This document shows positions 1 to 13,800 of a stretch of DNA of 64,000 nt, piece after piece. Under the pieces are notes generated by a model, which was not told where the DNA came from, made no database searches, and saw nothing but the letters and a program-made list of their open reading frames with translations. Each line of letters begins with the position of its first letter. The first letter of the stretch is position 1. The stretch comes from Octopus sinensis (Eukaryota). Both the position numbers and the translations under genes were made by a program. The DNA is taken from positions 189,410,001-189,474,000 of the forward strand of contig NC_042998.1 in the NCBI RefSeq assembly GCF_006345805.1, read 5' to 3'.

Positions 1-507
1 TCCAACTTGTGCTAGCACAGAAAATGGATGTTAAAGGATGATGATATGCAAAAATACAAGTCAAAGTTACATTCAAAAATACAATCACAAAAAAAAACCT
101 CGTTGTTTTTTATCAGCATCATTCTACTCAGCTTTCATTAACAGCCATCAAATTTGAGAGTGTTACCTATGATAGTAGACTAGTATCTGGGCCATAAGAA
201 GATTTACTCCTCATTTATCCAATGCTATATAAACTGAAATAAATACAGGCCTATGGATCTATAGATATGTGAAAAGCTATCAACTTTAACTAGTTTTAGA
301 AATTTTATAGTAATATTGGTTTCAAATTTTGGCACAAGGCCCACAATTTCAGGAGAGAGGTTAAGTTGACCCCAGTGTTCAACTGCTACTTATTTACTGA
401 CCCTGAAAAGATGAAACGCAAAGTCAACCTCAGCAAAATTTGAACTCAGACTGTAAAAATGGACGAAATAAGCATTATGCTTGGCACGCTAGCAATTCTG
501 GCAGTAA

Positions 508-1100
508 TCATCATCATCATCGTTTAACGTCCGCTTTCCATGCTAGCATAGGTTGGATGATTTTGATTGAAGGCTGGCGAACCAGATGGCTGCACCAGGC
601 TCCAATCTTGATTTGGTAGGGTTTCTACAGCTGGATGCCCTTCCTAATGCCAACCACTCCGAGAGTGTAGTGGGTGCTTTTTACATGCCACAGGCATGGG
701 AGCCAGTCAGGCAGTACTGGCAACGACTTTGCTCGAATCTTTTTACACATTCCACCAGCACAGGTGCCAGTAAGGTGACATTGGTAATGATCATGCTTGA
801 ATGGTGCCCTTTTACGTGCCACTGACATGGAAGCCAGTTGGCTGATCTGGCAACGATGACACTTGGATGGTGCTCTTGGCACCCTACTAGTACGGGCACA
901 AGTGCCAGTAAGGCGACGCTGGTAACGATCATGCTTGAATGGTGCCCTTTTACGTGCCACTGACATGGAAGCCAGTTGGCTGCTCTGGCAACGATCACCC
1001 TTGGATGGTGCTCTTGGCACCCTACTAGCACGGGCACAAGTGCCAGTAATGCGACGCTGGTAACGATTACGCTTGAATGGTGCCTTTTAAGTGCCCAGCA
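508..1100 (-). mobile_element. 5'-truncated RTE-family 3' end with (ATG)n tail and internal ~120-bp tandem units
   Basis: Shares the core ggttggcrttaggaagggcatccagctgtaga...catgctagcatggaaagcggacgttaaacgatgatg with many copies in the window. Confidence 0.8.
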
Positions 1101-2090
1101 TCACACTCTGAGAATTAGATGCTGCTATCTCATCAGCTACAGTGCCATATCTAGTTTCTAAATAATATTGATCATAGCTTTTCACTGTAAAAAGCTATGT
1201 ATGTTTAACTCCTCAAATTCCTGTGGTAGGAGTATACATTGCTATATCTACATCGTAACCTCTGTTCCAGCCTCTCTCTCTTTGTCAAGCTACAACTAAC
1301 TCACAACATAACACCATGTGACTGTAGCATAAATTGCTTTATTTGATGCCCTAGACAAATGTTTGTATAACACTTGACTTTATATGGCAGTCAGCAGCCT
1401 TTTATCTACTATCTGAAATGATGCACTATTATTAGCATTGTCATCATCATCAATTTACATCCATTTTTACATGCTGATATGGTCTGGGAGTGTGGTCACA
1501 ATCTGAGTCAGTTCTTATTCAGAGATTCTGCTCTCCTATGTGGGTTAAAGGACCATATCTCACTCGTATGTTCTATTTTCTTTTGTTTTTATGACTGATG
1601 GCCTTTTCAAATACCAACAAACTTTACAGATTGTACTGGATGCATTTTACAAGCACCAGCATTAGAGAGGTTGCCATGTCCTCAACAGGAGTAAAGGACC
1701 TTCTTGATGCTACATCAACAGAGATAATGTAGTACTGCTTTACACAGTGGCTTGCATGCATTTTATTGTAGCATCAGAACTAGTGAGTTTGTCTTATGCC
1801 ACAGAAGACTAGGGTCAAAGCAATGAAATCAAGAGAATGAAAAAAACAATGATTGAAATGAGAAGGTGTTGGAAATAGTATTGAAAGAAAGAGTGGTGGC
1901 AGCTGAGTGATTGCTACCAGGGATAGAGAAAGAGAGAGAGACAGACAGTAGTAAAGATGCGTGATGAAAAGATAGATGTCAATTATTAGTTACCTGTGGT
2001 AGGAGTGATGTGTAGCAGTACACAAGGATAATGGTGAGGTGTATCAGTTGCAAACAGGTTTGATCCATTACCCATTAACACAGAGATTTG

Positions 2091-2499
2091 GGATCTTTTT
2101 GGTTTGAATGGCAGTTTTTTCAAGCGGTGTCATATGAAATTGTCACCCATAATTATGACCCTAGTATCGATCTATTGCATTTCAATCTGTTTTAGGGTTA
2201 GGGTTGGTTAGGGTTAGGGGGAAGGGTATTTTTTTTTCATCAGAAATGTAAATAAACACAATCTGTTTCTTAAACGAGGGACATATTCATACGGCACAGA
2301 ATGCTTTCATCTCAATAGATGTCATTGATTGGTTGAAATTGCAGAAATTGAAGAAAACCAACAACAAATATCTTACAAACCATAGAATTTTCTCAATAAA
2401 GCCAAGAGAATAAGATGTTTTATAAACACAACGAAGTTTAAAAGTGTTTAGTTACGTGGAAATTATTTTAAAAAACTGCTGTTCACACCAAAAAGATCC
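2091..2499. mobile_element. MITE with ~30-bp TIRs, 8-bp TSD and internal TTAGGG repeats (Merlin-like GG..CC termini)
   Basis: Ends ggatctttttggtttgaatggcagtttttt and aaaaaactgctgttcacaccaaaaagatcc. TSD gagatttg at 2083-2090 and 2500-2507. Confidence 0.85.
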
Positions 2500-2716
2500 G
2501 AGATTTGTGATAAGTGAGTATAGATTTAATGTCTCTTAATACATGGTTGGCATTAAACATTGAATATGAAAGAGAGAGAGAGAGAGAGAGAGAGATGACA
2601 AGGTATGGAAAAAGTAGGTGAGGGGCAAATAGAGACTTAATAGAAATATAATGGGCAAGAGATCCAACTGTAGACAACACAGATATATATGTGAATGAAC
2701 AATAATTCATGAATAC

Positions 2717-2804
2717 CTTTTTGGCATTATCCTTCATTTCAGTATTTTCTGCACACTGTGATTGCAGACGAGGTTTAATATCCCACAACATTTTAGGATT
2801 CACT
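2717..2804 (-). CDS. DDX10: DDX10 exon 12 ([14 protein letters not shown]...MKDNAKK)
   Basis: cag/gtattc, 88 nt, C-terminal extension region. Confidence 0.92.
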
Positions 2805-5800
2805 CTGTAATAAGAAAAACAGAAACCATAATGAATATGAATGAACATAAATCTAGGAACGTATCTTTATTTTGATATTTTAACTCAGTCTTTTTTATGC
2901 TGGCATGGGTCACATTCAAAATGAAGGTCTTTTAATAACTAAAGATTTACAAAAATTTTCTATGGTGACTACGATGGTAACGAGAGACAAAGTTCAATGA
3001 AATTTTATTCAAACTCACTGTATCTTTTTTATTGGGATTTTCTTTTTCTGTAAATTCTCCATCATTCCTTTCTCTTCACTGGGCAACAAAAATAATAAGG
3101 ACTCACCATTCTTCTTGTATCTGGAAATCATAAATGAAAGCTGCTCTACAACAATTGAAGTCAGAACGGTATGAAATGGTGCTTATTACAAACAATGACC
3201 GTGACTTGTGAGTCACAGAAACAATTATTTCAGTGCTTTTGAAGGATAGTGGCATACTTTTCATCATCATCATCATCATCGTTTAACGTCCGTTTTCCAT
3301 GCTAGCATGGGTTGGACGGTTCGACCAGGGTCTGGGAAACCAGAAGGCTGCACCAGGCTCCAGTCTGACCTGGCAGTGTTTCTACAGCTGGATGCCCTTC
3401 ATAATGCCAACCACTCCACAAGTGCTTTTTACGTGTCATCGGCACAGGTGCCAGGCGAGGCTGGCAACGACCAGACTTTTGTTTCATTAAAAATTAGATG
3501 ACACTATAAATACACATTCTTTCACATTAAATACTGTAGAGCTGCAGGTGAGAGCAAGCTTACATGGAGAAAATAGGTAATGAATGCTTGATTTTAATCT
3601 GTAAATGTAAAATATCCAGTATATAAAATATTCTGGCCTTGAACAATATCACAACACTCAAGGTAAAAAGCACTGAAGTTCAAATTACAAAGACTTCACA
3701 ATACATTCTAAAACAGAAATAGGAAACACAGGAGAAAACAAATTATTCATTCTTATAGTAGTTCAGTTTTACTTTCTTAACCCTTTCATTACCAACCCGG
3801 CTGAAACCAGCTCTGGCTCTGAGTACAAATGTCTTGTTTCCATAAGTTTTGAATTAAAATCTTCCACCAAACCTTAGTCACATTTTATGTTCCTAACACT
3901 AGCTTAATGATAACCAAGTTATTTTACTAAATTCTTTGTAATATTTAAAGTAATTGAAAGAAACACAGAGCATTTCCAAAGAAATACAGTAACAAAAGGG
4001 TTAAATTCTTGGGTTCTGAAGAGATTGATGTTGCAATTTCCAGTGTATTAAATAGTCAAGAGAAGAAACGTTCTCCAGATAAGAAGTTAATATATAAACT
4101 TTTCAAGAAATACTAGCAGTTAATTGGTACATAGCAGATTAACTGAAGCAACTACACAATGGAATGTCTTCAGCGGTGCATATGTGCCCATGTCACACAT
4201 TGTAATAGTAACTGTGATTTTCCAACACTTCAGAACTATTAAGGCAAAGTTTCAGACAGATGCCCTTCCTGATACCAACTCTTTTGATGGCTTCTTAACA
4301 TGCAGCGATCCAGTGCACCTATTCTAAAAATGGTGATACACACACACACATTTTATTACATTATTTCCAAAATGACCTAAATTTGAAATGCTTAAGAACA
4401 ATTCAATACACCAAATGTAGTTGTCCTACTTTTCCAAACATAAAACCGCTTCTGCCACATAAATTGCTAATGAAATTAAGATCAGAAAAGACAACTTAAA
4501 TTGAATCTTACCTTGCTGTACGCCCAACTCTGTGAATATAAGTGTTAGCATCTTCAGGACAGTCAAGTTGGACGACCCAGTTCACTTCAGGTATATCTGA
4601 ACAATAGAAGAAATTAAATTTTCAAACGCTAGTATTGCAGATTAACAAAATGTTAATAGTGATTGTGAAGTTATGAGTCCAAACTTTTCTACAGTAAAGT
4701 AAAAATAAGAAAGGAATATATTTGGTTACAATGATACAATATCATACTAACAATTGTTACTTTAGGTACAGGGCATGTAAAAAGCACCATCCGAATGTGG
4801 CTGATGCCAGCGCTACCTTGACTGGCTTCTGTGCTGGTGGCACGTGACCTGCTGTGCTTCAGGAGACCTATTGAGTCAAGCACATCAACATCAAAATGAC
4901 TATCAAATGGAAATTGTAGTTGTGATACCTCTGCTGGTGGCACGTAAAAAGCACCAACTGATTGTGACTGCTGCCAGCCTTACCTGGCCTCTGTGCCGGT
5001 GGCATGTAAAAAGCACCCACTACACTCACAAAGTGGTTGGTGTTAGGAAGGGCATCCAGCTGTAGAAACACTGCTAGATCAGACTGGAGCCTGGTGCAGC
5101 CTCCTGGCTTCCGAGACCCCAGTCGAACTGTCCAACCCGTGCTAGCATGGAAAATGAACGTTAAATGATGATGATGATTATTACCCCATTTTCAGTGAAG
5201 GAGATAATAGAGAATTTGAAACACCCAAATCTTTAAGTAAGGGCATTAGCAGTGTTAGTCAAGTTAAATAGATTTAAGTGGAACTGAAATTCTTACATAC
5301 ATGCAGTTTGCAAGAGTATATGCCTCTTGCTCTACAGTGTCTAGATTAATAATAAAGACAGAACAAAAGACAAATCAGTTTGCAACTAATATCTCCAGCA
5401 TATATTAGTAATTTCTTCCTTCTCCAAGTACTGCCTGGTAAGAAAGAGGACTGGGTCATTGAGTATTTAAGTGATTCCTCAGGGTCATTTCAGAGCGTTA
5501 ATAAACTGTGTAAAAGTAAAAGACTATATTATTCTTGATTAATGTTTATTAGCTTGTTGTTGTGAAGTACGTACGTGCATGCCTGCCAACTTACATACAT
5601 ATATATCTATCATCATCGTCATTTAATGTCCGCTTTCCATGTTGTATTAGGTTGGATGGTTTGACTGGGGGCTGCACCAGGCTCCAATCTGATCTGGCAA
5701 AGTTTCTACAGCTGGATGCCCTTCCCAATGCCAACCACTCTGAGAGTGTAGTGGGAGCTTTTTTATGTGCCACCTGCATGAGGGCCAGTCAGTCGGTACT

Positions 5801-8800
5801 GGCATCAACCATACTTGAATGGTACTTTTTACGTGCTTTTCACGTGTCACTGGCATGGGACCAGTCAGCCGGCACTGGCATCAACTGCGCTCGAATGGCG
5901 CTTTTCACATGCCACCAGCAAGGGTGCCAATCAGGTGGTACTGTCATCGGCCACAACAGCGATTTCACTTGACTCAACAGGTCTTCGCAAGCGCAGTTTA
6001 ATGCACAATGATTGAAGGATACTCTTAAATGTGCCGGCTATGCTGCACTGGCATAGGCCATGGGTTATGATCTCACTTGGCTTGCTGGGTCTTATGTGTA
6101 TATGAAAGGTAATGTGTGTGTGAGAGAGACCAAGTGAGTGCCACTTGCACATACATACGAAAAAATACATACAATATACACATTCACTTACTCTCTCTTT
6201 CTCTCTCACACATGTCCATTCCATATACACGTACATGCATCTCTCACTTTCTCTTCTCTTTCAATTTCTGCTCTCTTCAAAGCATAAAGAAATAAAAAGT
6301 TTTTATGGAAATTAATGAATGCATTCAAAAGCTGAGTTGCCGATTTTGATGTTTAGGGTGTCAAAAAATTCATTAATCTTTTGGCTACTAAATAAATTTT
6401 ATTTTCATTTACAGATTTGCATTACAAAAATTTAACATTATAATCTTTCTATAACTCAACTATTGTAAACAATATTTTATACCACGACGACAACACTTTT
6501 TCTATATAAGTGTGTACCTTAAAAGCCATCCATTTCTCTATATGTTACGAGGAAATACAGTCACTCACTTTCTCTCTCTCATACACATGCACACATACAT
6601 ACAAAAAAGTTGGGCTGATTCTGCCCATAAGAAAGGAACATATAGTACAATGTGGCTGTAGGTCATAAGACTCAGGCAATGCCGGGATGCATTGCTAGTT
6701 ATATATAAAAACAAAAACTCCTTGAATATCGAAGTAATGGTACCAGCAGTGTTTATGTATAATCACAATTTAGGTTTGTTGAAATATGTCCGTCACATAT
6801 TTATTTCAACATGCGAAATACTTAAAGCAAATGATCATAATATAACTATTAGTAGTAAAAGTTTAAAACACTTAAAAAACACATAAATAAAACAATATAA
6901 CACATGTAAGATTAAAACATAGATGCTGGACAAGAGAATTACATGGACATAAACCTTAATATAACCATGTCATTTGCTGCACAAGGTACATAACTCAGTT
7001 TGCATCAGTTGACTTGACAGTTAACACATTTCCCTACTTTTTTTCATAGATGAGTTGTTCAGATTAGAAAGTCAGCCAACTGTTGCTTCAACAGAAATCA
7101 TCCAACTCATGACCAAATGAAAATATGAATACAAAACAATACACAATAGCAAAAGGAGTGTTTTCCTCCTCTTCTTATATTTACCAAGTCCACGAGCTGC
7201 AATGTCTGTGGCAAAAAGAACAGCATGTTGCTTGAAACAGAACTGTTGGAAGACTTCCATTCTTTTACGTTGTTTCATCTTGCCATAAAGAGCATGAAGT
7301 GAGATACCTGGCCGCATGTGACACAACGCCTTGAATATATAGCGAACCTGTCAGCCAATAAAAGAGAACGAAAATAGGTCAATGGTGGTGGATGGAGGAT
7401 AGAGTGTATGTGAAGTTGCATGAATTTACTGGGTGGAAATATACAGGAGCAGAGAGTAGAAAGTAAGAGAGTTGAAGATGAGAAGTGAAAGTGAAAGAGA
7501 TGAAAGCAAGAAGAGAAACTGTGAGGAGAGAGAAGAAGTAGACTGATAAAAGGAAACAACATAAGTCTGAAATAAAATAAAAGGAAAGAGAGTAAGAGAC
7601 ATAATGGAGATTAAAGAAAAAATTAGTGTGAAGAATAATAAAAGCAGGACAAGGTCAGTAAATGAGGAAGAGAAAAGGAGAGAAGTTTGACAAATAGAAA
7701 ACAAGGAAGGAGAGTAAGGATAGTTGGAAAGAGTAAAGAAGGAAAACAAATACATGATGTCATAAATCTGCCCCAATGAGGGATGACTTGGGGTCAAACA
7801 AACCACTGAAGTTTGACAAATAGAAAACAAGGAAGGAGAGTAAGGATAGTTGGAAAGAGTAAAGAAGGAAAACAAATACATGGTGTCATGTAATCATCAT
7901 CATAGTTCGACCGTGGTCGAGACAATGTAATTTACCATGCTACGCCAGACTTCACGGTCCAACATAGCATTACGGAGGTCCTGTTGCTGGATGCCTGTAT
8001 CCTTGGAGATTACATCAGGGTAGGAGAGTGTGCGCCCTCTGGTATTGCGAGCAGATGGCTTCCAGAGGAGAAGAGTAGAAATTGCCTCGTTTTCAGCTCT
8101 ACAACAATGTCCAGCAAACTGGACTCTCCTACCCTTCACAAGAGATGACACAGGTGGTAATTTCCCATATATTTGTACTTTGGTTGGATGACGCTTCCAC
8201 GAGAGATTTTGAGCTCTCATAAGGAGGCGAGTGTAAGTTCCATCCAACTGTCTTTCAAGCTTCTTTGATAACGTCCAGGTCATGTAATAGATGTCATAAA
8301 TCTGCCCCAATGAGGGATGACTTGGGGTCAAACAATAACTCTCAAGTTTGATCAGATTATTTTAATTCAAATCTACCTCTTCCGTATAAACATTCCATTA
8401 ATCTCACATAAGGATTTATCCTGACATTTTTATGGCTTAGTCAGAGGAGGAAGGGAATCTCCATTATGCTTTTTTGGGACTTCTGATATTGGTGAGGCAA
8501 AGAGAGAAAACTTAGAATATATATTCAATGCCAGAGCAGCTATCTGGCCTCCATGCCTGTGGCACGTAAAAGACACCATTCGAGCATGATCGTTACCAAC
8601 ATCGCCTTACTGGCACCTGTGCCAGTGGCATGTGTAAAAGATTCGAGCGAGGTCGTTGCCAGTACCGCCTGACAGGCCCTCATGCCGGTGGCACGTAAAA
8701 GCACCCACTACACTCTTGGAGTGATTGGCGTTAGGAAGGGCATCCAGCTGTAGATACTCTGCCAGATCAAGATTGGAACCTGGTGCAGCCATCTGGTTCG

Positions 8801-10781
8801 CCAGCCCTCAGTCAATCGTCCAACCCATGCTAGCATTGAAAGCGGACGTTAAACGATGATGATGATGATGATGAATACACCATACTAACCTTGATAATCA
8901 ATAATAGCTGCAGCTTTCCAGTGTTAATTACACATGCTTTACTGCCATACAGCATCACAGTTCAGACACATACCTAACATACTCTAAAAATATAAACCAC
9001 TGAAGTTAATTACTCAACGGCATCATTTGCAAGAAAAAACAACAGTTAAGTTAGCATTAACATATTTAATGCAGTGAGTAATTAAGCTCAGTGATTTTAA
9101 TTTTTATATGCTAATTTTTCACTTATTCATATACAATAGTAATTCTCTGCCACTACTTCAAACAAATATGAAGCCTATAAGACAAAAACATGTCCAGAGT
9201 TGTCTTCGGTAAAAGGGTAAAGACCATCTTTGGTCATGAATGACCATGGAATTGAACCTAGAAAGTTACCCACCAAGACACAAGTCAGGGGAAGGTTGTT
9301 TATGGAAGACCATCAGTTGCTCATGCATACCAGCTCCACTCCCCAGAGCACAAGCAAAGGCCAATACAGCTTGGCACCAGTGACATTGCAACTCATTTCT
9401 ACATCTGAATGAACTGAAGCAACATGAAATAAAGTGTCTTGCAGCCTGGTTCAGGAATCGAATTCACTACCTCATGATCATTAGCCTGATGCTCTAACCA
9501 CTGAACCATGCACCAAGCTGTGTCGGTCAGTAGTAATTAGAATTAAAATCATATTAAGTCATTGAACTAATATCTTTTCATCACTATGTAAGTATATCTA
9601 ACTAGAATTTTGATGCTCATTGCAGAACATTCCAGTCTATGTTGTGAATAGAGTATTTATTGTTAGAACAGATTAAATGCCTTACAATTACAAGAGAGGT
9701 GAAATGAGAGGCTTCGTTATTCAATCTCTCCCACAGCAATTAATCATATGACAAAGTAGTAGTCTTGGAAAAGGTTACTTGAACTAGAACTGAACTTAAT
9801 TCACAGAGAATTTAACATTTCACCATAGCATATCTTTCATCAATGAAATGTTAAAGTGAAAGAAAAATTAGCCTACCTGACTGCATGTGCTCAGAAATAC
9901 AAGAATCTTTTGTTTCAAATGTTTCTTCAGGAAAGACCACAGTACTGTCATTTTCTCTTCTAGTTCACAGGTTATATAACTCTGAAAAATTGTTTTGAAA
10001 AATTTGTAAATATCATACATATAACTCACAAAATTACAACAGCACCACATGAGGGTGAAATCATACAGAAATGCAGCATTATATGTTTCATAACAAGCCA
10101 ATGAAGGAATCTCGGTGTGGTTACTCAACTCGCTAAAAATAGCAGCTAAATCTCCTTCATATCACACTCCATCATCTTAAAAATGGAAGAATAAATTTGA
10201 AAAAAGAAAAAAAAAGATTGGAGATAACATGACCAAGGTGGGGAATTGAAGAGAGAGTGATGAATGAAAGAGATCCAGAGTGAGAGGGTGAAGGAGATTG
10301 AAAAGGGAACAGCATGTGTAGTGTGAAGGATGAAGGAGTGTTAAGATGGACAAAGGAGGATGGAAGGAGTAATGGATGGGAGAGTGATGAATATCAATAA
10401 TGAGTGACAGAGGAGAGAGAAGTGTAAGAAAGAGTGATATACAATACTAAAGAGAGAGAGAGAGATAATAGTGGAGATTGAATACAGACAGATACAATGC
10501 CATCCCACATTACATATGCAGCATGACAGAAGAGCTCTAGAGCAAAGGAGACACAATGATAGGAGAGCAGATGAATGATAGATGAGAGTGTAACGAAAAG
10601 AGGGACGTGAGCAATAAGTAAAAATTTCATGTGGCTGTGTGGTAAGTAGCTTGCTTACCAACCACATGGTTCCGGGTTCAGTCCGACTGCGTGGAATCCT
10701 GGGAAAGTATCTTCTGCTATAGCCCCGGGCCGACCAATGCCTTGTGAGTGGATTTGGTAGACGGAAACTGAAAGAAGCCTG

Positions 10782-10816
<35 letters not shown>

Positions 10817-13800
10817 TGTGTGTGTATATGTTTGTGTGTCTGTGTTTGTCCTCCTAGCATTGCTTGACAACCGATGCTGGTGTGTTTACATCCCCGTCAC
10901 TTAGCGGTTGGGCAAAAGAGACCAATAGAATAAGTACTGAGCTTACGAAGAATAAGTCCTGGGGTCGATTTGCTCGACTAAAGGCGGTGCCCCAGCATGG
11001 CCGCAGTCAAATGACTGAAACAAGTAAAAGAGTAAGAGTAATAAGCATTTACCTGAACCAGCTGTGAAGGTGTGCTTTCTTCGGCAAATTCATCGACAGA
11101 GACGTAAAAGAGATTGTCCTTGTTTAAACTGAGACGAGCAAGATCCTTCACTGACCTAAATGACAAGAACATAAATAAGAGTATTATAAATTTACTGATG
11201 ACAATTATTGTGATAAAGCAATTTAGTCGTTTTGTATGTTAATGAAATATGCCAGGTGGCGAGCTGGCAGAAACGTTAGCAAGCCGGGCGAAATACTTTG
11301 CGGTATTTTGTCTGCTGTTACGTTCTGAGTTCAAATTCTGCCGAGGTCAACTTTGCCTTTCATCCTTTTGGGGTTGATAAATTAAGTACCAGTTACGCAC
11401 TGGGGGCAATGTAATCGACTTAATACTTATGTCTGTCCTTCTTTGTCCCCTCTGTGTTTAACCCCTTGTGGGTAATAAAGAAATAGGTATTTTGTCTGCC
11501 GTTACGTTCTGAGTTCAAATTCTGCCGAGGTCAACTTAGCCTTTCATTCTTTCGGGGTTGATAAATTAAGTACCAGTTACGCACTAGGGGTCGATGTAAT
11601 CGGCTTAATCTTTTTGTCTGTCCTTAGTTGTCCCCTCTGTGTTTAGCCCTTTGTGGGTAGTAAAGAAATGGGTATTTTGTCTGCTGTTACGTTCTGAGTT
11701 CAAATTCTGCCGAGGTCAACTTTGCCTTTCATCCTTTCGGGGTCGATAAATGAAGTACCAGTTACGCACTGGGGTCGATGTAATCGACTTAATACCTATG
11801 TCTGTCCTTGTTTGTCCCCTCTGTGTTTAACCCCTTGTGGGTAATAAAGAAATAGAAATATGCTTGGGTAGAGCAAGGAAGACATAGGAAGAAGTATGTG
11901 CAATATCATCAGTGTAATTATGTTGACTTCATAAGACAAGTAACTAAATGTTTCTACTATCAAAAAAGTGGCATATGGCAGAGGAATGGAGCAGATACCT
12001 CATGGTGTTCAGTAGCTTTCCTTTAAGTACTGAGTTCAAATCACATTGGGTATGAAATATTAACCATGTTACTTGTGTTATTGACTTCAGAAAGATGAAA
12101 TGCAAAAGAAACTGATGTAAATGACTGATCCCCTCTCAAAATTGCTGGCCTTGTGTCTAAATCGGAAACCATTATTACTATTATATTGCAATTTGTGATA
12201 AGCTTCGTTGGTTACAGGCTTCCCAATGAGTCAATGACCAGTCCATTGCATTTCTGACAGCAATGTCACCTTGAGTAAAGTATCTTCTGCTATGGCCTTA
12301 AGTTGACCAAAATCTTGTAAGAGGAATCTGGTAGATAGAAATTGTGTATAAGCCCATTAAAACTGTTCTCTCCTTGGGTGCTGGACTTAACTGTTACCCA
12401 TTTTAACACTACCACCTAGCTCTTGTGTACCTTTAGCAGGGCACTGTGTCTCCAGGCTTAGGGTAACTTCCTCTCTTACCTTCACCACTTTAGAGGCCCT
12501 GAAAATATAGATATTAAACTTCCTTTACGAGAGAAAGAGAGGTGGTGAGGTCTACTTTTCATACTGAATTTTGCTTTGTTCATTCTAAACTCTAGACCAA
12601 ACATTCCACAGAGCTGCTGTCTCATATTCCAACTGTTCTGAATTTAACTAGCCATGGAGATGAATTAATTCATCATCATCATCGTTTAATGTCCATTTTC
12701 CATGCTAGCATGGGTTGGACGGTTCGACCGGGGTCTGGGAACCAGGAGGCTGTACCGGGCTCCAGTCTGATCTGGCAGTGTTTCTACAGCTGGATGCCCT
12801 TCCTAACGCCAACCACTCCATGAGTGTAGTGAGTGCTTTTTACGTGCCATTGGCACAGGTGCCAGGGGAGGCTGGCAACAGCCACGATTGGTTGCTGCTT
12901 TTTACGTGCCACCGGCACGGAAGCCAGTCAAGGTGGCACTGGCATTGACAACGTACGGATAATGCTTTTTACGTGCCACCAGCACAGGTGCCAGGGGAGG
13001 CTGGCAACGGCCAGGATTGGTTGGTGCTTTTTACGTGCCACTGGCACAGAAGCCAGTCAAGGTGGCGCTGGCATCGACCAGATATGGATGGTGCTTTTTA
13101 CGTGCCACCGACATGGAAGCCAGTCAAGGCGGCACTGGCATACTTATGTTATATTTTTACTTTAAAAACTTTTAACCTTCCAATAGCCATCATTCATGTA
13201 AATTGTGAAATTCATCACTATAGATTGTGGGCAAGGAGTTCATTCCTCATTCTTAAGATAACTGTTTGGGGAAAACATTAACCCTTTTGTTACTGTATTT
13301 ATTTTGAGATGCTCTGTGTTTCTTTCAATTATTTTAAATATAACAAAGAATTTAGTAAAATAACTTAGTTATCATTCAGATAGCGTTTGGAACATAAATT
13401 GTGACTAAGGTTTGGTGGAAGATTTCAATTCAAAACTTATGAAAACAAGACATTTATACTACAGAGCCAGAGCCAGTTTTGGCTGGGTTGGTAACAAAAT
13501 GGTTAACCATGTCAACCCTCAACATTTGTGAAGGGCTTACAAAGAACTTGAGAACAACCAATCTTCCAACTCAAACAAATAAAAATAAAATAAATAAAAC
13601 CTCACAAAAGGCAACATACACGAAAAGAATAATTAGTCACTTACTTTGTCTGTGTGGCAGAAAACAATAAAGTCTGTCTGGATGGAGGTAAATTTTCCAA
13701 AATGGCATTCATAGTTTCAGCAAATCCAAGGTCCAGGATACGATCAGCTTCATCAAGAACTGGAAACAAAGAATTGCCATAAGACTGTCAGATGGAATGG

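Noticed and set aside
586-1161. Recurrent ORFs containing [13 protein letters not shown], here and at many other sites
   Set aside because: They are translations of the non-coding RTE 3' UTR repeat and are open in different frames and strands in different copies.
1-2716. DDX10 exon 13
   Set aside because: No segment encoding the expected F.SY.RS..L...K.VF continuation was found, so it presumably lies left of the window.
3161-3270. Candidate C/D snoRNA near exon 11
   Set aside because: The TGATGA comes from the (ATG)n retroelement tail and no guide is recognisable.
9527-9583. Candidate intronic C/D snoRNA (TGATGA...CTGA on minus)
   Set aside because: Too short, no terminal stem and no recognisable rRNA guide.
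10630-10700. tRNA genes at SINE heads
   Set aside because: The A/B boxes belong to multi-copy SINEs and there is no complete cloverleaf.
12833-13141. Repeat-spacer arrays resembling CRISPR
   Set aside because: Eukaryotic context, no cas genes, spacers related to each other, and the array is internal to a retroelement UTR.
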